The position numbers and the translations under genes are program-made. Below, one piece after another: positions 9,829 through 16,300 of a DNA stretch of 24,000 bases (within the stretch, counting starts at the first letter, position 1; each line of letters starts with the position of its first letter). The notes under the pieces were generated by a model, which saw only the letters and a program-made list of their open reading frames with translations, did no database searches and was not told where the DNA came from. Origin of the DNA: Clostridium sp. CAG:138 (GTDB lineage Bacteria > Bacillota > Clostridia > Christensenellales > CAG-138); assembly GCA_000435055.1 (NCBI GenBank), contig FR879709.1:129961-153960 (forward strand). The letters run 5' to 3'.

Positions 9829-11166
9829 TCAGAAGCCGAAGAAGCCTTTGCGCCTGCCTGATTTTTTGCGGCCCATTCCCGCAAATCTCTTCATCAGCTG
9901 GCGTGACTGTTCAAATTGTTTGAGCAGTCGGTTAACTTCCTGAACGGTCGTTCCGCTGCCCGCCGCAATGCGTTTTTTGCGGCTTGCATTCAAAAGTTCC
10001 GGATTGCGTCGTTCACGCGGAGTCATTGAACGAATGATCGCCTCGACTCTTGCGGTTGCCTTTTGGTCAATTTTTGCATCCTTGAGCTTGCTTGCATCGA
10101 CCCCGGGCATCATGCCGAGAATCTCTTCCATTGAGCCGAGTTTTTTGACCTGTTGGAACTGCTCGAGGAAGTCCTCAAGAGTAAACTTGTCATTTTTAAT
10201 CTTTTTGGTGAGCTCTTCCGCCTGTTTTTCGTCGAAAGCCTGTTCCGCCTTTTCAATCAAAGTGAGAACATCGCCCATGCCAAGAATTCTTGAAGCCATT
10301 CTGTCGGGATAGAACGGTTCGATATCGGTAAGCTTTTCACCTATGCCGGAGAATTTGATGGGTTTGCCCGTAACACTGCGAACGCTCAGCGCCGCACCGC
10401 CTCTTGTGTCACCGTCAAGCTTTGTGAGTATAACGCCGGTTATGCCGAGTTTTTCGTTAAAGGAGCTTGCAACGTTGACAGCGTCCTGACCTGTCATTGC
10501 ATCAACAACAAGCAGCGTTTCCGCCGGGTTAACGGCTTGTTTGACGGCGGCGATCTCGTCCATCATGTTCTCGTCAATGTGCAGGCGGCCTGCCGTATCG
10601 ATTATAACAAGATCGTAGAAGTTGCGGGAAGCATATTCAATTGCTTCCTTTGCGGTTTTAACGGGATCCTGCGTCCCGCGTTCGAAAACGGGAACATTGA
10701 CCTTTTCACCCACGACCTGAAGCTGGGTGATCGCGGCAGGGCGATATATGTCGCATGCAACAAGCAGCGGTTTTTTGCCCTGAGTCTTTGCAAGGTAGGC
10801 AGCAAGTTTGCCCGCCATTGTGGTTTTGCCCGCACCTTGAAGACCCGCAAGCAGGAAAACAGAGGGTTTGCGCGGCCCGAACTCAACCTTCACAACGCTG
10901 CCGCCGATGAGCTGAGTCAGCTCCTCATTGACAATTTTGATTATTTGCTGGGACGGATTGAGGCTTTGGAGAACATCCGAACCCACTGCCCGCGCCGAAA
11001 CAGTGTTTATAAAGGATTTCACAACCGAAAAGTTAACATCCGCCTCGAGCAGCGCAAGCTTTATCTCGCGCATTGCCTCTTTGACTTCTTTTTCGGTCAA
11101 CTTGCCCTTTCCGCCCAGTTTTCTGAATATGTTCTGAAGTTTTGAAGAAAGTCCTTCAAATGCCAT
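9829..11166 (-). CDS. ffh: signal recognition particle protein Ffh
   Basis: 'LLAGLQGAGKTTMAGKLAAYL', 'DTAGRLHIDENMMDEI', 'GVILTKLDGDTRGGAALS'; M domain 'GSGTTVQEVNRLLKQFEQSRQLMKRFAG'. Confidence 0.98.
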   Translation of the reverse strand: MAFEGLSSKLQNIFRKLGGKGKLTEKEVKEAMREIKLALLEADVNFSVVKSFINTVSARAVGSDVLQSLNPSQQIIKIVNEELTQLIGGSVVKVEFGPRKPSVFLLAGLQGAGKTTMAGKLAAYLAKTQGKKPLLVACDIYRPAAITQLQVVGEKVNVPVFERGTQDPVKTAKEAIEYASRNFYDLVIIDTAGRLHIDENMMDEIAAVKQAVNPAETLLVVDAMTGQDAVNVASSFNEKLGITGVILTKLDGDTRGGAALSVRSVTGKPIKFSGIGEKLTDIEPFYPDRMASRILGMGDVLTLIEKAEQAFDEKQAEELTKKIKNDKFTLEDFLEQFQQVKKLGSMEEILGMMPGVDASKLKDAKIDQKATARVEAIIRSMTPRERRNPELLNASRKKRIAAGSGTTVQEVNRLLKQFEQSRQLMKRFAGMGRKKSGRRKGFFGF

Positions 11167-11512
11167 CTTTGCCCTCCGTGATTTCAGTCAGTTGTGATAA
11201 CAGAGTGTTGATTCTTTCCCGAGCGGCTTCATTGAAGGTGCACCTGCGAACCTCTGCCGAAAGCTCCGCAATTAAAACTTTCAGCCGCCTGTCCCTTGCG
11301 GCAAGACCGAGTTTTTCTTCCATTTCGAGAAGGATTTTTTCACCGCGCTGCAATGCATCGCGCACACCCTGCCGCGAAATGCCCTTCTGCTCTGCAATTT
11401 CCGCAAGGGAAAAATCCTCCTCGCAGTTGAGCTTCAGCATCTCGCACTGGTTATCGGTTAAAAACGCGCCGTAGTAATCAATGAGAAGGCTTAATTCGAG
11501 TTTGTTCTGCAT
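11156..11512 (-). CDS. ylxM: YlxM-family DNA-binding protein (UPF0122), SRP-associated
   Basis: 'LLIDYYGAFLTDNQCEMLKLNCEEDFSLAEIAEQKGISRQGVRDALQRGEKIL'; overlaps the ffh start. Confidence 0.93.
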   Translation of the reverse strand: MQNKLELSLLIDYYGAFLTDNQCEMLKLNCEEDFSLAEIAEQKGISRQGVRDALQRGEKILLEMEEKLGLAARDRRLKVLIAELSAEVRRCTFNEAARERINTLLSQLTEITEGKDGI

Positions 11513-11572
11513 ATATGCCTCCTTAATGTTCTATGCGGCACTGTTGTAAAGGCGCAAAGCTTTACAAGCATG

Positions 11573-11601
11573 ATTATAACGCCGCCAAGGTGGAAAGTCA
11601 A
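11573..11601 (-). promoter_or_regulatory. sigma-A promoter of the ylxM-ffh-rpsP-khpA-rimM-trmD-rplS cluster
   Basis: Minus strand TTGACT-17 bp-TATAAT, about 60 nt upstream of the ylxM start. Confidence 0.8.
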
Positions 11602-11661
11602 TCCCCTTTACAGTGTCTTTCTAAATATACTTCGTTCAATAATTGTCCGCAGCAGCAAAAC

Positions 11662-12129
11662 TCAACACTCAGCCAGGCTTTCAATGTATCTTTTCAGCAC
11701 GGGGCGATTGGGCGGCGTCAGCTCGTTTTCGGGCGGCATTTCGGAGGCGGAAAAGAAACGCAGCTCCGACACTTCACTTGCCTGCGGCGTAAGCTCTCCG
11801 GAATAACTGCGGCAAAGGTAAACAATATCAATATTTGAAACCTCGTCGCCGTTCGGATAGGTATAATGCAGGATTTTTCCCGAAAAAACACCAAAAAGTT
11901 CAAGCTCGTTCGCAAAAAGTCCCGTCTCTTCAAAAAGTTCGCGCATTGCCGCTTTTTCAACTTCCTCATCAAGCTCCACAGAACCGCCTGCATAGCCCCA
12001 AAGTCCGTTATCGCGCCGTTTCTGCAAGAGTATTCGACCCTCGGAATCGACAACAATAACGCTCGCACCGACCTGAAGCAGCGGACGATGCCCGACAGTT
12101 TTTCTCAAATCAAGTATATATTCCGACAT
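11662..12129 (-). CDS. Nudix hydrolase
   Basis: Nudix box 'GGSVELDEEVEKAAMRELFEETGL'. Confidence 0.88.
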   Translation of the reverse strand: MSEYILDLRKTVGHRPLLQVGASVIVVDSEGRILLQKRRDNGLWGYAGGSVELDEEVEKAAMRELFEETGLFANELELFGVFSGKILHYTYPNGDEVSNIDIVYLCRSYSGELTPQASEVSELRFFSASEMPPENELTPPNRPVLKRYIESLAEC

Positions 12130-12131
12130 GA

Positions 12132-12653
12132 TTAATCCAAGTACCCCTCTTCACGCAGCATTTCAAGAACGCGCGCTTCGCGTTCAAGCATTGTTTGATT
12201 TTTTGGCCCGTGAACTCTGTTTCTGTTAACATCAATTGCATGTTCTGCCTCAACAAATTCCAAAGTAAATCGTTCCCGCGCCTCATAATCATCGAGTTTC
12301 TGCGCTCCCGGCTCCGGTTCCGCTTCGCAAAAATAGTAGAAATTATTCTGAACAAAAACCGAAATCCCCGGTTTGTCGCTCTTTTCGATTCTGCGAACGC
12401 AGCCGTATTCCTGAATCGAATCAGGGACAACGCACAAGCCGGATTCTTCGGCAGTTTCGCGAATCAGTGCCTGATGCCGAGTTTCACCGCTCTCGATGCC
12501 GCCCCCGGGGAACTTATAGTAATCATACATCAGGCTGTGAACCATTGCAACCCTGCCGCCGCGAATGATAATGCTCCGAACGGACGGACGGTAAAAAACT
12601 TTTCCGCTCGAGTCGTAGTTCTTTTTATCCATTTCGAACAATGTTCTCATCAT
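12132..12653 (-). CDS. Nudix hydrolase
   Basis: Nudix box 'GGGIESGETRHQALIRETAEESGL'; GGAGGAT immediately upstream of tandem ATGs at 12653/12650; the longer ORF to 12734 is not supported. Confidence 0.85.
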   Translation of the reverse strand: MMRTLFEMDKKNYDSSGKVFYRPSVRSIIIRGGRVAMVHSLMYDYYKFPGGGIESGETRHQALIRETAEESGLCVVPDSIQEYGCVRRIEKSDKPGISVFVQNNFYYFCEAEPEPGAQKLDDYEARERFTLEFVEAEHAIDVNRNRVHGPKNQTMLEREARVLEMLREEGYLD

Positions 12654-12751
12654 ATCCTCCCGAATAAACCTGCGGCAAAAAACCGAAGCCGCAATTTGTG
12701 CCGAATATGTTAGGCATTGGCAATGAAGCCGCACAGTATATATATCAAATT

Positions 12752-12785
12752 ACAAAAAGAAAACTCCATCGTAAATTCGATGGAG
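12752..12785 (-). terminator. intrinsic terminator of the tRNA operon
   Basis: Minus strand CTCCATCG-AATTTA-CGATGGAG-TTTTCTTTTT immediately after tRNA-Cys. Confidence 0.88.
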
Positions 12786-12791
12786 CTGATT

Positions 12792-12865
12792 TGGAGGCAC
12801 CATCCGGAATCGAACCGGAGATGGCGATTTTGCAGACCGCTGCCTTACCGCTTGGCTATGGTGCC
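12792..12865 (-). tRNA. tRNA-Cys(GCA), CCA encoded
   Basis: GGCACCATAGCCAAGCGGTAAGGCAGCGGTCTGCAAAATCGCCATCTCCGGTTCGATTCCGGATGGTGCCTCCA folds as a cloverleaf; anticodon GCA. Confidence 0.97.
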
Positions 12866-12906
12866 GTTTGGCCGCGTAAAAGGAGGAAACGCAGCCGTTA
12901 AAAAAA

Positions 12907-12982
12907 TGGAGCGGGAAACGGGGCTCGAACCCGCCACCTCCGCCTTGGCAAGGCGGCGCTCTACCAAATGAGCTATTCCCGC
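12907..12982 (-). tRNA. tRNA-Gly(GCC), CCA encoded
   Basis: GCGGGAATAGCTCATTTGGTAGAGCGCCGCCTTGCCAAGGCGGAGGTGGCGGGTTCGAGCCCCGTTTCCCGCTCCA; anticodon GCC. Confidence 0.97.
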
Positions 12983-12986
12983 AGCA

Positions 12987-13062
12987 TGGTGCCTCAGAGT
13001 GGAGTCGAACCACCGACACAGGGATTTTCAGTCCCTTGCTCTACCAGCTGAGCTACCGAGGC
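12987..13062 (-). tRNA. tRNA-Phe(GAA), CCA encoded
   Basis: GCCTCGGTAGCTCAGCTGGTAGAGCAAGGGACTGAAAATCCC...CTGAGGCACCA; anticodon GAA. Confidence 0.97.
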
Positions 13063-13066
13063 AAAA

Positions 13067-13143
13067 TGGCGATCCGAAGGGGGCTCGAACCCCTGACCTC
13101 CAGCGTGACAGGCTGGCATTCTAACCAACTGAACTACCGGACC
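13067..13143 (-). tRNA. tRNA-Asp(GTC), CCA encoded
   Basis: GGTCCGGTAGTTCAGTTGGTTAGAATGCCAGCCTGTCACGCTGG...TCGGATCGCCA; anticodon GTC. Confidence 0.97.
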
Positions 13144-13146
13144 GCG

Positions 13147-13222
13147 TGGTGGGAACAACAGGGCTCGAACCTGTGACCCTCTGCTTGTAAGGCAGATGCT
13201 CTCCCAGCTGAGCTATGCTCCC
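13147..13222 (-). tRNA. tRNA-Val(TAC), CCA encoded
   Basis: GGGAGCATAGCTCAGCTGGGAGAGCATCTGCCTTACAAGCAGA...TGTTCCCACCA; anticodon TAC. Confidence 0.97.
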
Positions 13223-13254
13223 ATCCATTGTGCCGCTCTTCAAGCGACTTCCAT

Positions 13255-13283
13255 ATTATACTCAATTGGGTCTCATTTGTCAA
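13255..13283 (-). promoter_or_regulatory. perfect-consensus sigma-A promoter of the tRNA operon
   Basis: Minus strand TTGACA-17 bp-TATAAT, about 33 nt upstream of the tRNA-Val 5' end. Confidence 0.93.
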
Positions 13284-13382
13284 CCCCTTTTTCAAATTAT
13301 TTTTAACTATATATAACACTCTGTTTTTTCAGCATATACATGCAAATTCGAACGGTTTCATCCGATTATTACGCGTACGGTG

Positions 13383-13411
13383 TTGAAAAATTTTTCGTTC
13401 GGCATTATCAT
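13383..13411 (+). promoter_or_regulatory. putative sigma-A promoter for the barnase-like/barstar-like pair
   Basis: Plus strand TTGAAA-17 bp-TATCAT (5/6 and 5/6 matches). Confidence 0.6.
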
Positions 13412-13547
13412 ATATCCGTATTCGCTCCGTTCAAAGCATATTCGGAGTGGGTCCGATACCGCACCGGATGAAGGCTGCCTGCGAGCGAAGTTTTTTGCGT
13501 AAATGCCTTTTGGCTTTACCTTTTTCCGAACAAGGAGGCAAATCATA

Positions 13548-14135
13548 TTGAAACATGCTGATTTAAGAATCTTAAGGCGCATTGCGGCGTTTTTGCTTGT
13601 GGTTTTGAGCATTGCGGGCATTGCAGCCTGCACCGTACCCGAAGAGGTTTTCCCGCCCGATACCCCGACAGCTGCAATATCGGATGTATTGCACACAACC
13701 GAACCCACGGAAATCGGAACAGCCGCCGAAATTGAGCTCTCCGCAAAGCCGACTGCACCTCCGCAGGAACCGACTTCATCGCCGGTGAAAGAAAGCGGCG
13801 AATACAGTTCCCGTGATGAAGTTGCTCTGTACATCCACCTTTTCGGACATCTCCCCGCAAATTTCATAACAAAGAAACAGGCGCGGGAACTCGGCTGGCA
13901 GGGCGGCAGGCTTCAGGATTTTGCGCCCGGCTGCTCCATCGGAGGGGACAGGTTCGGCAACTACGAGGGGCTTTTGCCGCAAGCGGAAGGAAGGTTTTAT
14001 ACCGAATGCGATATCGACACCTGCGGAGCACCCTCACGCGGGGCAAAACGCATAGTTTTTTCGAATGACGGATTGATTTTTTATACCGATGACCATTATC
14101 AAAGCTTTATTAAGCTTTACGACGCGGACAATTAA
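13548..14135 (+). CDS. lipoprotein with C-terminal barnase-like (microbial RNase / guanyl-specific type) domain
   Basis: TTG start at 13548 with AAGGAGG 9 nt upstream; N-terminus KHADLRILRRIAAFLLVVLSIAGIAAC has an n-region, h-region and lipobox IAAC. The C-terminal 'LPANFITKKQARELGWQGGRLQDFAPGCSIGGDRFGNYEGLLPQAEGRFYTECDID...RIVFSNDGLIFYTDDHYQSFIKL' aligns residue by residue with barnase. Confidence 0.93.
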   Translation: MKHADLRILRRIAAFLLVVLSIAGIAACTVPEEVFPPDTPTAAISDVLHTTEPTEIGTAAEIELSAKPTAPPQEPTSSPVKESGEYSSRDEVALYIHLFGHLPANFITKKQARELGWQGGRLQDFAPGCSIGGDRFGNYEGLLPQAEGRFYTECDIDTCGAPSRGAKRIVFSNDGLIFYTDDHYQSFIKLYDADN

Positions 14136-14182
14136 ACCGCGGGTTTTTGAGAATTTTTAGGGATAATTGAGGATAATTGACC

Positions 14183-14512
14183 ATGACCGTATCGGATAAC
14201 AATTTCACACACAACTCCGGTTCCGAACAAAGCGGCGGCATTAAGAATATCCGCATTGACTTTACGGCGATTGCGGGAATTACCGATGCGCATCTGCGTA
14301 TTGCCGAGGCATTGCAGTTTCCGGATCATTACGGAAAAAACCTTGATGCACTCTTTGACTGCCTTGCGGAAATATGCAAACCCGTTGCAGTGACTCTCTT
14401 CGGAACGAGCGCACTGACTGCCGCCCTCGGCAGCTACGGGAGCATGATGCTGCGCGTGTTTTCGGACGCGGCAGCCGAAAACCCGAATCTTTCCGTTGAA
14501 ATCGCCGATTAG
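14183..14512 (+). CDS. barstar-family RNase inhibitor (putative immunity protein)
   Basis: 'IAEALQFPDHYGKNLDALFDCLAEI' matches the barstar core 'LALPEYYGENLDALWDCL'; directly downstream of the barnase-like gene; ATG 14183 preferred over TTG 14177 from GAGG spacing. Confidence 0.92.
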   Translation: MTVSDNNFTHNSGSEQSGGIKNIRIDFTAIAGITDAHLRIAEALQFPDHYGKNLDALFDCLAEICKPVAVTLFGTSALTAALGSYGSMMLRVFSDAAAENPNLSVEIAD

Positions 14513-14566
14513 TTTTATCGCATTCGATTTGTTAAAGTTTCAATGTTTTGGTTTTAAAACGGAAGC

Positions 14567-14596
14567 GGCAGACAGGATTTTTCCCGTCTGCCTTTT
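14567..14596 (+). terminator. intrinsic terminator downstream of the barstar-like gene
   Basis: GGCAGAC...GTCTGCC stem followed by TTTT on the plus strand. Confidence 0.65.
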
Positions 14597-14688
14597 GCCG
14601 AATATACGAAACCGAGTGTTGTTTAATTGCTTTTTATGCCGTTCCGAGTGCTGCTTTGCCGCTTGTTTTCAAAGACCGGAACCAATCC

Positions 14689-15948
14689 TCAGCCTTTGTA
14701 AATTATTCGGCTGCCTGCTTCGGCACTGCCCTTAATTGTTTTGCATTCAATACTGCCGCGAGCCTCCGCATGTCCCGCGATATCGCCGCAGCTTATATTG
14801 CCTCCGCAGTCAACGTTTCCGTCAACATTTCCGCAATTCATGCTCCCGCTTGTCTTCGCATGTCCGAGTATATCACCGCAGTTCACATCTTTGCCCGCAT
14901 TGACATCGCCGCTGACTTTGCCGCATTCAACACTTCCGCCGGTTCCAACATCGCCGCCGACATCCGCACAGCCGACATTTCCGCCCGCATTGACATCGCC
15001 GCCGATACTGCCGCATTCAATGCTTCCGCCCACTGAAATGTCTCCGCCGATATCAGCGCAGTTCACATTGCCGCCCGCGCCGACATCACCGCCGATTTCA
15101 CCGCAGTTCACATTTCCGCCCGCATATACATCACCGTTAACACTGCCGTTGATATCGGCATTGCCCCAAATTTCAACATTTATCGAGCAATCGGTGCGTC
15201 CGCCTTTCCTGCCGAACATACCCGCCGTTCCGTTCTCTTTTTCATATTTCAGTTCAACGGGAATGCAAACCGCAGGATCGTATTCCTGACTTGACACGAT
15301 CTGTTTTCCGCGCATCAGCACAACGCGCAGGGTATTATCATCCGGCATTTCGTCAATCATGATATTGCTCCATTCGAAACGATTTCCGTAATTACGGGTC
15401 GAAGAACGCGAATGTTTTTTTGCGCTTTTTTCAAATGCGCAGCCCGCTTTTTCAGCTTTTTTCTTTGCCATTCTCTCGATTTTTCTGCCGAATTCCTCGA
15501 TAGCATCCGTGTTGACGCTTACAATGCCGTTTCTGCCCTTTTTCACAAAGATGCAGCTGCCGTCATCATCTTCTTCATCGTCATCGTCATTTTCATCGTC
15601 ATCGTCTTCTTCATCGTCCCCGTCATTTTCATCGTCGTTTTCGTCCTCGTATTCGACTTCAACCGATTCCGGGTTGCAGGCAGCATCGCATTGCTGTTCG
15701 GCATCGGTATGAATTTCTTCACCCGCATCAATGTTTTTCTCGTTCTTAACATCGCGCAGCAGCTCATCCAGCGAAACGCCGAAAAGATCCGCAATTCGCG
15801 GCATCAACTCAATATCGGGATAGGAAGCCGCCGTTTCCCATTTGCTGACGGCCTGAACGGACACTCCGAATTCGGCAGCAAGCTGTTCCTGTGTCATTCC
15901 GCTTGCCTTACGCAGCTCGCGCAGTTTGATTGCAAAGTTTTCTTTCAT
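14689..15948 (-). CDS. XRE-family HTH protein with Asp/Glu-rich linker and C-terminal 15-residue Cys-containing repeat (predicted beta-helix/polymer-forming-like) domain
   Basis: N-terminus 'LRELRKASGMTQEQLAAEFGVSVQAVSKWETAASYPDIELMPRIADLFGVSLDELL' is a classic HTH_3; start ATG 15948 with GAGGG upstream; acidic tract and ten tandem 15-aa repeats read directly. Confidence 0.85.
   Translation of the reverse strand: MKENFAIKLRELRKASGMTQEQLAAEFGVSVQAVSKWETAASYPDIELMPRIADLFGVSLDELLRDVKNEKNIDAGEEIHTDAEQQCDAACNPESVEVEYEDENDDENDGDDEEDDDDENDDDDEEDDDGSCIFVKKGRNGIVSVNTDAIEEFGRKIERMAKKKAEKAGCAFEKSAKKHSRSSTRNYGNRFEWSNIMIDEMPDDNTLRVVLMRGKQIVSSQEYDPAVCIPVELKYEKENGTAGMFGRKGGRTDCSINVEIWGNADINGSVNGDVYAGGNVNCGEIGGDVGAGGNVNCADIGGDISVGGSIECGSIGGDVNAGGNVGCADVGGDVGTGGSVECGKVSGDVNAGKDVNCGDILGHAKTSGSMNCGNVDGNVDCGGNISCGDIAGHAEARGSIECKTIKGSAEAGSRIIYKG
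14704..15153 (-). repeat. 10 tandem 45-bp coding repeats (15-aa units, consensus approx. xCGxIxGDVxAGGNV)
   Basis: Units such as NCGEIGGDVGAGGNV / NCADIGGDISVGGSI / ECGSIGGDVNAGGNV / GCADVGGDVGTGGSV / ECGKVSGDVNAGKDV / NCGDILGHAKTSGSM and so on. Confidence 0.9.
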
Positions 15949-16047
15949 GGTATTTTCCCTCTTTCTGATTTTCGTGAGTCGCCGCACCGCATATCTGTTA
16001 CGTTTGGAAAACGTTTTTGTGTTTCGCCAACTCTTAATTTCGCGCTC

Positions 16048-16076
16048 ATTTTAGCAACGCAAGCTTTTCATGACAA
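16048..16076 (-). promoter_or_regulatory. putative sigma-A promoter of the XRE/repeat-protein gene
   Basis: Minus strand TTGTCA-17 bp-TAAAAT, about 100 nt upstream of the start codon. Confidence 0.65.
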
Positions 16077-16109
16077 TAAAGCGGTGGTTGAAAACCCCAA
16101 AAAATCTGC

Positions 16110-16124
16110 TCAACCGTTGGTTGA
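16110..16124. promoter_or_regulatory. dyad TCAACC-GTT-GGTTGA (candidate operator, copy 1)
   Basis: Perfect 6-3-6 palindrome upstream of the XRE gene promoter; same arms recur at 16237..16251. Confidence 0.5.
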
Positions 16125-16236
16125 ATCCCGTGCCGCCGCAAATTATTTATTCCTTTCGGTTTGTTTTGCGTGTTTCTTTAAAATTATTTCTGACTGAAAT
16201 CTTTTTTTCACAGATATATCTGCATTTATCAGCAAA

Positions 16237-16251
16237 TCAACCAAAGGTTGA
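16237..16251. promoter_or_regulatory. dyad TCAACC-AAA-GGTTGA (candidate operator, copy 2)
   Basis: Identical arms and following ATC (TCAACCNNNGGTTGAATC) as copy 1. Confidence 0.5.
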
Positions 16252-16300
16252 ATCGCATATCATTGCGAAACTCTCTTTGGTGTTTGCGCAAGAAGCTGTT

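Noticed and set aside
11662-12653. Tandem Nudix hydrolases as a possible defence or toxin module
   Set aside because: Both have intact standard Nudix boxes and no effector domain or mobile context; probably housekeeping or nucleotide-pool enzymes.
12698-13019. Short ORFs across the tRNA cluster (12698..12901 +, 12717..12971 +, 12750..13019 -, 13134..13319 -)
   Set aside because: Typical translations of tRNA genes ('[20 protein letters not shown]', 'EHSSAGRASALQAEGHRFEPCCSH'); not real proteins.
14704-15153. Tandem repeats as a possible CRISPR array
   Set aside because: No unique spacers; the units are contiguous and in frame as 15-aa protein repeats.
14741-15289. Plus-strand 182-aa ORF rich in Pro/Thr/Ser (and 14548..15036 +)
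   Set aside because: Antisense reading of the 45-bp repeat array of the XRE/repeat gene; low-complexity composition, no SD. The repeated codons keep the opposite frame open.
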